A stretch of DNA of 64,000 nucleotides, from positions 24,864,001-24,928,000 of the forward strand of contig CM119371.1 of the NCBI GenBank assembly GCA_051294905.1, read 5' to 3'. This document shows, one piece after another, positions 51,659 through 64,000 of this stretch. Positions within the stretch are counted from its first letter, which is position 1. Every line of letters begins with the position of its first letter. Both the position numbers and the translations under genes were made by a program. The DNA comes from Botryllus schlosseri. Taxonomy: Eukaryota. The notes beneath the pieces are model-generated. The model was given only the letters and a program-made list of their open reading frames with translations. It ran no database searches and was not told where the DNA came from.

Positions 51659-54600
51659 TTCAAGAAACCTGCTACGACATGAATTGTTATTTTGATGTTG
51701 TGTAAATAGGTAATAATTTATTTTAGTAACACTACATCAACATCATCGAGTTGTGCGAATAGATTTACATGTGGTTTTAATCGAAGCACACAGCGTATTC
51801 TAATGTAGAGTCATCTCTATTGTACAACAACTCGGTAATCGAAATGTGTTAACATTTAAACAGCGATTCTGTTTCGTCACGCGAAAAATATCTTTACTGT
51901 CGCAACACTCTGATACTCTGCACAAGATGTGTAAATCCTTTTCACACTCATAATAATACACTAACGGGATACCGACGTCAAGCAACAACGTTTACCAACA
52001 TCACTGACGCTGAACATACGATACCTACCCAAGTAAAAAATATCATTTTCACCAGGAGGTCAGCCGTTACCTGTGTACAATTACCATTTGCCCTTGGGGG
52101 TCTAGCGTTACCCGAGTAACAAAACCATTTTCACTTGGAAATATATGTTTTCCCTCAACAACAAACGTTTTTCACTTGGAAATATATTTTTTCCCTGGGT
52201 AACAAACCTTTTTCACTTGGAAATATATTTTTGCCCTGGATAACAAACCTTTTTCACTTGGAAATATATTTTTTCTCTTGGTAACAAACCTTTTTCACTT
52301 GGAAATATATTTTTTCTCTGGGTAACAAACCTTTTTCACCTGGGAATATATTTTTTCCCCGATCAACAAACCTTTTTTCACTTGGAAATATATTTTTTCC
52401 CCGAGCAACAAACCATTTTCACTGAGCAACAAACCCTTTTCTCCCCAGGCAACAAACCCTTTTCGTTTGGAAAACTATCATTTACCTGAGTACCAATACC
52501 ATTTTCGTTTTGAAAACTGACAACTACACCGGTCAATTTGATATTTTTTGTATATTGTTACAGCAGACAGTGACAAAATATACACCAACAACGACTCCGA
52601 TACATTTGCGTAATCAAATATTCACTTGCTCTGATGCATCCCATCAAAATCATTGGTTACTCACATACAATAACAATGTGCTGTTGTACATCGACATGTA
52701 TGTTTTCGGAATTGGCGAATAAAGGGGTTTCTGATATGTCCGCGATGTCCGGGTTCGTGCTTTAGATTTTCCAGAGTCAAAATGTCTGAATAAAACACCT
52801 CCTTGACGATGGTTGGTATGTGGATAACGGTGTTCGGAAAACGGTTGGATTTATGTCACCCATCGCGATAACAACTCCAGGTCGAGTTTTCCTCCCGCAT
52901 GTTTACTATATTGTGTCTTTATTGGTCAATGTATGTCTCGACATTCAGTTTGAAATCGGAAACCCTGATAAAGTACGTAACCGGATCCGGATATCAACTG
53001 TGAATCGATAAACCAATGGACAATATTCAAAGTAAACATGTTACACCCTGTGTTTCCACGAAAAAATACCATCCAGACATACGTCGCGCTTGTTTGCCCA
53101 CACCAGTATACGCGCAAATGGAGGTGTGTGACATTGCATGCAATGTGTTGGTATACAAACATCGATCCACAGACATTATCATGACCGGTAGTTTTGATGT
53201 AGATCGAATGTCACCTGATAACAATACCAATAAGCCACATTGCAATGAGTCCGCGCTATTACATCGATATTTCGGCACCGTTCACTGATTTACTCGATGG
53301 TGTTATCGTGTTGTAACATTACAAGATAGTCATGGCCCTATCTCCCGACAGATCACTCAGACCAATTGGATACATCGGTCAATGTGTTGTCGACACCGAA
53401 GTTTTCTGCTGCAGCGTTTGATCTAGGTGAACTATCGAAGTGGTGCTCGAAATGATTGCGATCAGTCTTTCAGTCACGATGCATGGATGTCGCTACTCCC
53501 ACATAACGACTCCAGACAAATATCGTGAACAGTGATTATGCAAATCTCGGACTGATACTGTGATCCAATAAGGTGTGTTTCTGTGGAATCTGCAATCGTA
53601 CACCGCAATAGAACACTACCTCGCGATTTCACACGCAATCATAAAACACACCTTCGTATGGGTCCAGTTCGTCCAGCGACATTGCAAAACGGTCATCGCC
53701 ACAAGAGATCGAGGTTGGTCTCGTCATATCGGAGTATTTTGAAACGACATCGTCACAAGGCTATTGACATCAATTCTGCTGGTCATATCGAAGAACATGT
53801 CAATCCGTTTCGCAATCCATCGTTTTTCGAGTCCCTGCACCATAGTGTTACGACACAGGCAAGAAGCGTCGGTGGAAATAATAAAACACGGAAGGCACAC
53901 TTTGGTGTTATTTGACATGGATTTTACACCCGACGAACCTCACATTCGAGCGATGCATTTGAATGGCGATTGTAATATTGATGTCCAGAGAAAAGAAATG
54001 TATCGATTTATTGGTTTCGTACATATCCAGCAAAAACCTGGGTTTATGATTGTGCACGGTTCGCATATTTGACTGTGAACACTCTACTGGTATATGCTGT
54101 ATAGTTCACTTCCACCGTCGTGCGAATACCCATGTTACGGTTTCTATGTTTGTGTGTCCGTATGTCATGCTTCAGATTGACTCAGAGTCATTGCAATGTG
54201 GCTTATTGGTATTGTTATCAGGTGACATTCGATCTACATCAAAACTACCGGTCATGATAATGTCTGTGGATCGATGTTTGTATACCAACACATTGCATGC
54301 AATGTCACACACCTCCATTTGCGCGTATACTGGTGTGGGCAAACAAGCGCGACGTATGTCTGGATGGTATTTTTTCGTGGAAACACAGGGTGTAACATGT
54401 TTACTTTGAATATTGTCCATTGGTTTATCGATTCACAGTTGATATCCGGATCCGGTTACGTACTTTATCAGGGTTTCCGATTTCAAACTGAATGTCGAGA
54501 CATACATTGACCAATAAAGACACAATATAGTAAACATGCGGGAGGAAAACTCGACCTGGAGTTGTTATCGCGATGGGTGACATAAATCCAACCGTTTTCC

Positions 54601-55777
54601 GAACACCGTTATCCACATACCAACCATCGTCAAGGAGGTGTTTTATTCAGACATTTTGACTCTGGAAAATCTAAAGCACGAACCCGGACATCGCGGACAT
54701 ATCAGAAACCCCTTTATTCGCCAATTCCGAAAACATACATGTCGATGTACAACAGCACATTGTTATTGTATGTGAGTAACCAATGATTTTGATGGGATGC
54801 ATCAGAGCAAGTGAATATTTGATTACGCAAATGTATCGGAGTCGTTGTTGGTGTATATTTTGTCACTGTCTGCTGTAACAATATACAAAAAATATCAAAT
54901 TGACCGGTGTAGTTGTCAGTTTTCAAAACGAAAATGGTATTGGTACTCAGGTAAATGATAGTTTTCCAAACGAAAAGGGTTTGTTGCCTGGGGAGAAAAG
55001 GGTTTGTTGCTCAGTGAAAATGGTTTGTTGCTCGGGGAAAAAATATATTTCCAAGTGAAAAAAGGTTTGTTGATCGGGGAAAAAATATATTCCCAGGTGA
55101 AAAAGGTTTGTTACCCAGAGAAAAAATATATTTCCAAGTGAAAAAGGTTTGTTACCAAGAGAAAAAATATATTTCCAAGTGAAAAAGGTTTGTTATCCAG
55201 GGCAAAAATATATTTCCAAGTGAAAAAGGTTTGTTACCCAGGGAAAAAATATATTTCCAAGTGAAAAACGTTTGTTGTTGAGGGAAAACATATATTTCCA
55301 AGTGAAAATGGTTTTGTTACTCGGGTAACGCTAGACCCCCAAGGGCAAATGGTAATTGTACACAGGTAACGGCTGACCTCCTGGTGAAAATGATATTTTT
55401 TACTTGGGTAGGTATCGTATGTTCAGCGTCAGTGATGTTGGTAAACGTTGTTGCTTGACGTCGGTATCCCGTTAGTGTATTATTATGAGTGTGAAAAGGA
55501 TTTACACATCTTGTGCAGAGTATCAGAGTGTTGCGACAGTAAAGATATTTTTCGCGTGACGAAACAGAATCGCTGTTTAAATGTTAACACATTTCGATTA
55601 CCGAGTTGTTGTACAATAGAGATGACTCTACATTAGAATACGCTGTGTGCTTCGATTAAAACCACATGTAAATCTATTCGCACAACTCGATGATGTTGAT
55701 GTAGTGTTACTAAAATAAATTATTACCTATTTACACAACATCAAAATAACAATTCATGTCGTAGCAGGTTTCTTGAA
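51659..55777. repeat. Palindrome 2: 1590-bp arms, 939-bp spacer
   Basis: 51659-53248 is the reverse complement of 54188-55777 (sums constant at 107436; mirrored ORFs in the track are identical). Confidence 0.95.
52110..52510. repeat. 41-bp minisatellite, about 9-10 copies (mirrored at about 54926-55326)
   Basis: Unit is approximately taacaaacctttttcacttggaaatatattttttccctggg. Confidence 0.92.
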
Positions 55778-58700
55778 CTCGTGCTTGATGAAAACGATTG
55801 GTGACAAGTATGCTTTTGTGTTTGAGTGAAAAATAATTATTTAGAGTAGTGACAGTTTGTGACCAACGAATGCAAATCGATCATGGTATTACAATATACG
55901 CTTTCGTCAACATAACGACTTGGTGCAGGAGAAACACTTTAACGTTTTTCAATAACCAGAATCTTGAAACATGTTGCTTGTGTGATTTACAGCTGGTGCA
56001 CAAAGGTTAGCGACGTTTTTTAATATAGTTCCACTTTCTAGTTGTTTTGATGTGAGGCTCGGTGCTTCTCGTTAGTAAAGTAAATTGTTTTGTGTGTTAG
56101 ATTTGTGGTAAGTAAGTCGAATACATACTCTTTTGTGGAAGTAACTGTATTACTGCAATATCATTGGTAGGTCTCTGAAGCAGTCACCGTGGTTTTAATT
56201 TTGAAAGATGTCGCGATGTCGGTATAATGTTTTCTAAAAGTTAAACTCGGACGGATATCATGGCTATGTAGGACTTACGATAAACATTATACTTATACAA
56301 CTTTGTTACAAGAACTATGATATTTCTGTAAGTGCTATAGTCGTGTGTTGGATTATTTGAATATTTAGATACGTAACCATTCGTATGAAAAAGTTCTTGT
56401 GACATCAGAACAGTTTGTAGAGTCAAACCATAACCATTCAGTTTCGTAGTGTGAGGATATCGAGTAAAGTCGATTACTTTGTGTGATGTAAATATCCTTC
56501 GTACTTTTGTAAGAGTTGTGAGGATGATCATTCGTATCCTACGAAGTAGCTAGTTGATACTACAAAATATTGAATGATCGCTAACACACTGAGTTCATAA
56601 CCCAAGATAGTGAAAATTGTGTACTCTTAGACTAACATAATTCGTATCCAGCAAAACGATAGACACCAAAGGTTCGATGGAGTTTAAATCTAGATTGTAT
56701 TAAGCGAAGTGATGAGTATCTCCAGTAATAAAGTCGAAACGATCAAAACAAATTTCTGTGTCTTGTAAAGAACTATTTGGTATGATATTACTTGAGTGTG
56801 TGACAATTCGTATCCGTCGAGGTTGAATGTTTAGCCATATCGAAATGAATCCAGATCACATGAAATATATATTGATCACAATAGAATCGACGAGAATGTT
56901 AACCACGTAGAGTGTGTTTGTTTAAAAGTTATCTCCAATACGGTTACTTCGATCGGTATTAATTCCATGTCATACAAAAACATGTAACCTTTGTACAGTT
57001 TCGTAGTACGGGAATATCGAGTGAAGTTGATTATTTTTGTGTGACGAAAATATCTTGTATTGGTATTGGACACTGGTTTCGTTACCCAAGTGAGTGAAAA
57101 TTGTTCTTGGCTGGACAGATATGATTAGTATTTAGAAAAAACGACTCACACCGATTAGGCGACGCTGTTTCCTATCCAATGACTGAGTGAAATTTCTCAG
57201 GGGTTTGATTTACCGAGGTAATTGTCGGCGATTCAATAACATACAAGTATATGGTCTTTTAGTGACTGATTATTGTGACGACATTTACTTTGACGAATGG
57301 CAATGGAAAAATGTCCAATTTCTCTGATCGTGTGCGTTGCACAAATAGTTCTAGTATGTAATCAGTGAACGTCATGTAAATTGACAACGACTCTCAGTAG
57401 TTTGGTTAGATGATGGAGGTTCAAATCGATATCGCTACTACAAACAGCAATACAAACACATTTTTGTAGATTTCAGTGTAGCGCACATTTCGATTTTATT
57501 AATGCTGAGAGGTTTCTGTATTACTCAAGTATAGTTGAATAGGTGATGCCTAGCAAACATATTCCAATTTACTTTTGTAATGATCAAAGTGAGTGTGAAA
57601 TGATGCGAACGGATTAAGCATTAATCAAATGGTGGTATGTCAATTCACCTAGTGTGATATCTTGACACCAGGTAATGCGCGAAAGTGTTTCAATTCTCAC
57701 CGACAATAAAGTATTGCGCCGGTTATTGTTCAACAAAGGAAATTGTTGTTTCATCTTTAGTCTTGTTTAATGCAGACATTTGTAAAATATTTCCTGATAT
57801 CCACAATACTCTGCGTGGTTTGTACCAAGGCTGAATAATTTTCCAATCGAGAACATTTTAGACACACCTAGTTTACAACTCAATATGTTAATAACAATGG
57901 TACTGAAAAGTTTGTTGCTGTCACAATAATCTTTACCACAACGCCGGGTCTAATTAACGCAAATAATTTAATAATCAAGTCATGATCAACTATTACATAT
58001 GTCAAATCAATGTGTCAATCCTTATGTTTACATCATGATAATTTTCAATATAACACCTGCGTTCGATTGTAAGAAATGAATTCTCAACATGTTGGGCAGA
58101 CTTTCAAATCTCGCATACTCAAACATATTATGTTAATCTCAAGTCGCCGGCGCCGAGAAGTAATTACTTTTATCTTACAAAATATACCGCATAGTAATTT
58201 CTTTGTCTCGCACAATAGTAACGACTTTTACAGTTGAACAAAAAAGATGTGTCGTAGGGATATGAATACAACCAAGCTTGTTAAGGATTTTGGATTGTGG
58301 TGATTACTCGCGTATAGTCTTGTCTACTTTTCATAATGATACTTTTTGCTTTGGTCGGGTAACGGATTGACTTGACAATGTTTTCGTGGTTGATTCTTTG
58401 AATATGGTAAGATGGTAAGATGTCGAGACGTAATACTATTTCGTTAGCTCAATTACAACAAAACATAACCAGCATTCAAATAATCCGTAAGCTACGAGTG
58501 GATTTAAAACTTGATGCTGTTTTGTGGTTAACTCAAGTCAGTGGTCATATTTGTGTTGATTTCAGGAATGATCATGACGAGTTGGTCGGGTAAATTAGTG
58601 GTAGTAACTATGACCGTACAGAGTTGCTGACATTCAAACATCTTTTACGCTGTAATATACGTATTTTATTGCGATAAATTATTTCTCAGTTATTGTTCAG

Positions 58701-60079
58701 ACATTCAAATCTCGTATACTCAAAATATAATATGTTTATGTCAAGTCATTTATGTGTCGATTAGTAAATAGCTTACTTTGTCTTCAGAATAGTAACGACC
58801 TTTACAATTGAATAAAAAAGACCGATCATACGAATACAACCAGGATGAATTAATTCAAATTTGTGAGTTGCAGTGATATAATCAAGTAAGTGAAAACTGG
58901 ATTTTGAACACTTGTTAATGTTGTAAATAATTCTTTTGAGTATGGTAAGATGTTAAAATGTCGCTTTGACAAACGAAAAGTCGGATCGCGAATAGAGTTG
59001 CAATGTTCCATTACTTGTTTAGAATCAATGTGCGTATAATATCAATATGGGACTGTGGGAAAGTTGATGGTCATGTTTGTCAATCCTATTTCAATTCACA
59101 CTACGCCAAAGTCAAAATATTTCGTTTCGGATTATCTCAATTTACCTTTAGTACATCCGCGAATGGATTTAAAGTTGGTAAATTACCAAAATGATTGAAT
59201 ATTATCGGGTTAGAGATAGTTGATATTGATTCTATAACTGTTAAAACAGCGGCGTGCAATGTGTGAATAATTCAATGTGACTGAAAGTCGGTGTCAGTAA
59301 TATTCAGATTACGGTCGAATCAAAAGATCCCATTAAAAAGATTTCTCAAATTAATTAGAATTGTACCGAATTAAAACATTCAGATACGAATCAACTTGAG
59401 CTGTGTAGTAAGTTTCATTCCATTCAATTGATACATTGCTTGAATATTCGCATGATTCTTATCATACAACTAAAGTCAAACACGGACAAAGTGTCAAAAA
59501 CATATAGCGACCATACCAGAAAGTGTCAAATTGTTGGTTTACGAATCACCGTCTGCGACGACTCTGTGACAAACTAATTACGGAAATATTACCTTGTGAG
59601 CGGGCATGAGGGATCGCTTTGTCTGAAGCATTACCCTGTGAGTGTCGTAGGATTTTAAAATGATATCACACCCTTTTGAATAAGCGTTCACTTCACAAGG
59701 ATTAGGGTTAGAGCGGAAATAAGTGACAATTTGTCGCTATTCAAGTTACCGACACTGGCGGTCTGTTATTCGTTACTTATTAAATCGTACGAGTGAAATC
59801 AAGCTCTGTGCCAAACTGCTTACGAAAATTTCACCGCGTGAGCGATCGATATGCCTGTAACATCAAGTCGCGTATGTCTGAGACATTATCTTGTCAGCGA
59901 ACGCAGGGTTTGCAAACTATTTCACACCTATTTGGTGTGTTAATATGTGAACGCGGCTATTGTTGGTATTGGAATCACCGTCTACGCCGGTTCCGTGGTA
60001 AACTAATAACCAAGCGACTGATTCCTAGATTCAGCAAACTATTTCACACCCTTTTTGCTGAAAGTACGACATGCCACCC

Positions 60080-60595
60080 GCAGTCTATACCGAAAGTACG
60101 AATCACGACCGCACCCATAAGACGCAATAGCCGCTTGTGACCCCCGCCATAAGAATAACGATATATTGAAGTCGTAATCACCGTAAACGTTGGGATTAAC
60201 TCGAATCGGTGATATTTAACAATTTGTAATATACACATTATCTAACAAACAATCACGTGACTATTTACTATTCCTGATACATATTCAACACCGTGCCGCC
60301 GCCGCCTATACCCGAAAGGGCGATTCATGACCGCACCCATAAGAACACATGGCGAGTCACCAGAGACCGCGTAAGAATACATGACAGGCGAATCACCGCC
60401 ACCGCCTATAGTAAAAAAGGCGAGTCACCAACACGAGTTTTCGCGGCGAGTCACCGACGCAGCCTATACCTGAAAGGGCGAATCACGACCGCACCCATAA
60501 GAACACATGGCGACTCACCAGCGATAGGGGGGGTCGAAAAGGGCGAATCACCAACACGAGTTTCGCGGCGAGTCACCAGCGGGCCCATAAGCCAC
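60080..60595. repeat. GC-rich subterminal repeat array (GGCGA[A/G]TCACC; ACCGCACCCATAAGA)
   Basis: Repeated motifs with a ~158-bp higher-order unit (60305 and 60463), directly before the terminal ACTACT. Confidence 0.85.
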
Positions 60596-60628
60596 AATGG
60601 CACACCACGAGCGATCTATATAACTACT

Positions 60629-62308
60629 GACATCAGTTGGATGAATTTGAGGATCAATCCAAGACTGTTGAAAAGAAAATACTTGTTTTAAAAATTTGCT
60701 ATACAAGGGAACCATTCAATATTCGAACAGCTTCTTCGAGGTACAAAACTTCAATATAAAATTGAATAGTATATGCATATTGAAATGTGCCCAAATATTT
60801 TTGGCTGAGACTCGTCAGGGGTAATCATCAGCAACTAGTAGAGAATTCAAAAGATCGTTGTATATCAACAATCGTATCACAAAATATGACGTCACCCGCA
60901 TTCAGTATTCACGCAGATATCAGACTGGATACAATTGTATGTGACAAAAGGGTGTCTTTCATAGAACAATTATTTGATGGAATGGAAAGTTGCATGTGAC
61001 CTTTCCACCAATTTTACTCCAGCACGGGTAGCATACTTTCCTGGATTGTTAATCATTTTAGTGAAATTTTACCAGCAAACATTCATAAAAATAACCTAAT
61101 GCAGCAGAATCAAATTTATTTTCTAAGGATATGCCAGCTTACTTAAGAAACACTGCGATGCTTACCAGTATTTTAAACACCAAATACATTTCAAAATGGT
61201 GCCAATTGCAATACATACTACCTGAACATTAGGGCATTTTCATATTCTTTCCATCAGCCGCAACCCAGGCTTGATGAGTCCCTCATTCGTGGCGTGCCAT
61301 GGCGGCTCCATCTTTTTACTGGTCAAATCCAAATGCTGCTCCTAGAAAATATGATAAATACCAAAGGAAAATTGTAAATATTATGAAGAAGTAAATATAA
61401 ATATTTCACACAGGTAGGTTACAGAAGCGCAAGAGAGGTGCTCAGCCCCCCAGGTTGAGAACCACTGACCTAGCCCATTATAGCTCAGTAAGCAATAGTT
61501 AAAGTACAAGTTAGATGAGCTCATTACGTTCAACTACATCTCTGTTCAGTGTTCAGTGTACACTGTACAGTGTACACAGATGAAGCCTTTTTCAGCTCAT
61601 ACCGAATAGTCCGTAGGCTACTCTGCGAGATAGTTCGTGAGAAAAGTAGGGCTGCAAAAACCAGGAAATTACATAATCAATGGTGATATAAAAAATAAAT
61701 AAATAGGCTTACATAATCATATGTATCCATGGGTTCTTGAGACAAAGGTCTGTATCGCATAAGATGACTGTGCCGGCACAAAACCCGTTACGAACGACTC
61801 CTCAGTCCTCACGTCACTGTCAACATTGTCTGATAGCGCAGGCACGGTAGATCCAGGGGACTCCTTTCAAAGACTCGACATCAGTTGGACGAATTTGAGG
61901 ATCAATCCAAGACTATTGAAAAGAAAATATATGTTTCAAAAATTTGCAGTACAATAATGAACTACTCAGTAATCACGTAGATATCATACTGAATACAGTT
62001 GTTGTTTTCTGCAATAAGTTCTGTGTCACAGAAGGGTGTCTTTCATAGAATAATTAGGTAATGAAATGGAAAGTTGCACATGACGTTACCACCAGCACGG
62101 GTAGTATACTTCCTGGATTGCTGACAATTTTAGTGAAATTTTATGAGCAAACATTCATAAAAATCTTTATCACGAAGATAACCGAATGCAACAGACTCAA
62201 ATTCATTAAGGATATACCAGTTCAATTACAAAACACCGTGATGCTTACCAGTATTCCCTACAGGAAATGCATTTCAAAAAGGTGCCAATTTCAATACATA
62301 CTACCTGC
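60629..62308. repeat. Direct duplication: 60629-61224 and 61877-62308
   Basis: Both start gacatcagttgga.gaatttgaggatcaatccaagact and end caatacatactacctg. Confidence 0.9.
60725..60898 (-). mobile_element. Solo Penelope terminal-repeat insertion with a mutated hammerhead
   Basis: Homologous to 15570-15705; flanked by cattcaatattc / cattcagtattc; absent from the 61877 duplicate. CTGACGA is kept but GAAA has become AAAA. Confidence 0.75.
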
Positions 62309-64000
62309 AAAATAGAGTTTAGTTCAGTTACCGTATCATAATAAACTCAGGAAAGTCAAATTTGAGGATTGGGCAAAACAAATATTACCCCTTGTGATCC
62401 ATGGTTTGTTGAAAAGATTGTTTGTTTGGCTGTGCTGTTATTGGGGCAATTTTGTGGACCTAAAAATGGAAGATTTTGACCAAAAAATCAACATTCACAC
62501 ATATTTTGACGATAAAAAACTTAATTTTGACCCCATGTACTTGAATTAGGTGTTTCTGATATAATGTTAGAATTGTACTACCGGTACTTATCTTTATTTC
62601 TGGCTGGAGCTGTCTGTTCTTCCAAAGTAGTTTGACCTAAAAAATATCTTTTGGCAAGAAAACTGACAAATTTTTACATGAAGAAACCTTATTTTATCGA
62701 AATCTAGACCCATGAAGAATTCCAGTATTAGTTACATCTCGTATTATGGTAGAAATAATTAAAACTTTGTTGTAGTATAACGAAAGATACTTTCCCACAT
62801 TTTCGGGTAGAAAGTGTATGTCCTTACTAAGTAGCTTGGCAAGAATGGAGAAAAAACGTTCACCAGCAGCAGTTGTTGGCCGTCAACATTGAAGTTGTGG
62901 GTACACTGCAGGTGACACACCGTGTTGCTTCAATGTGACAAAGTTGTCTACATCGCAATTTTTCATCATACGGTTTCTAATAGAAGAACCAATGCCCACG
63001 CAATCTTGCTTCAGTTAGGATACTTCAGTAGGCTACGTTGAGCATTTATTTCATTTGACAGTTTCTGATTCACAATGAGCAGACGATGGTCCGTCTACAA
63101 CGGTAGAGCTATAAAGTAGGCTACTAGATGTAAATTGTAAAATGATAAGTTCACCGACAGTGCAATCATCTATGATACAAACGAAATGCAAGTTGCCAAA
63201 AAAAATTTTGACTTTGTAAACAATTTTTGCAATTTTAACCTAACGGTACAATTTTGACAACATTTTGACCTATTTTGACATGTCAAAAAAACTGTCTTAG
63301 TTAAAACCTTGCCACTTGGAATAAACAGTACAGTGTAAAATGTGTTGCAGTTGAAAAACCATCAAAACCGTTGCATGACTGTCATACCGGTATTCAATTG
63401 CTGAAATTGCAGTACTTGTCCACAATGGACCACAATATCGCCTACATAGGGATATTTCAGTGTGGATAGAGAGAACATCCCTTTATCTATACGTCAAAAA
63501 GTTAGTTGGATATCAGCTTCCCATCAGTACCGTAGTACTGGACCTGGTCGCAGCCTGTTATATTATCAGATTCCGAGCTCGATCATCCAGCAATAAGATC
63601 GGACGAATCATATACTAGAAAACTTCCAAAGAACATTCATATGAATAAGGGATATCAGTAGTCTACTAAAACATCTAAAACAAACGACCTTATTGCCATG
63701 TCAAAACGAGCTCATTTTATGACTATTCTCACATTACATATATTCAATAACATTTACCGCATTTCCATACCTTACAGTACACGGATGTTATGATCCTATA
63801 CGCCATCAGGTAGCAGAAACTGCTTCAATATATCCATTCCGCCAAGTCTGTTCGTGTACCCTACTCTCTGCCTGAAGCCTGACGAACCACCAATTCAAAT
63901 TCCAAACTGAAATCGAGCGTGCTCTACCGTAACGAAGGTGGTGACCCCTCTGCGTCACATGGAAATATGTATATTTTGTTCAAATATTACCCTTAAACTT

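Larger units (their letters stand above)
42224..60628. mobile_element. Putative non-coding Polinton/Maverick-like block (18.4 kb)
   Basis: Begins AGTAGT and ends ACTACT, with GC-rich subterminal repeats at the right end. The right junction coincides with the point where homology to the 61877 duplicate stops. The ends are not extended mutual TIRs, there is no TSD, and no core genes were recognised. Confidence 0.4.

Noticed and set aside
52110..52510. 41-bp array as a CRISPR
   Set aside because: Units are contiguous with no unique spacers, there are no cas genes, and the context is eukaryotic.
53494..53585. Minus-strand TPYWI...GVVMWE as protein kinase subdomains VIII-IX
   Set aside because: APE and the DxWS Asp are missing and no HRD or DFG lies upstream; likely chance.
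60293..60691. 132-aa ORF at the right end of the large block
   Set aside because: It is the translation of GC-rich subterminal repeats and runs across the element boundary.
62055..62110. Minus-strand AGGNVMCNFPFHY as a fibronectin type II domain
   Set aside because: The remaining Cys/Trp pattern is absent, stops follow, and the duplicate copy is frameshifted.

Overview
AT-rich, repeat-dense animal genomic DNA, not prokaryotic. GT-AG exons, hAT elements and Penelope/LINE relics point to a marine invertebrate; a tunicate is a guess. The window has three zones. (1) 1-42.2 kb holds a plus-strand array of six intact and one broken 168-nt phase-0 exons, each encoding two 28-aa RI/NLR-type leucine-rich repeats. 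The array grew by segmental duplication and lies among deeply nested hAT elements (8-bp TSDs, several with an empty site in a paralogous segment) and a Penelope/L1/RTE-like cluster with a minimal hammerhead ribozyme. (2) About 42.2-60.6 kb is an 18.4-kb block starting AGTAGT and ending ACTACT (Polinton/Maverick-style ends). It has no hAT MITE that I could find and no intact gene, but contains several tandem arrays and two apparently perfect kb-scale palindromes on either side of a 100-N gap. (3) 60.6-64 kb is host-like sequence with a local duplication and a solo Penelope terminal repeat. Most ORFs in the supplied track are spurious. All alignments were made by eye.
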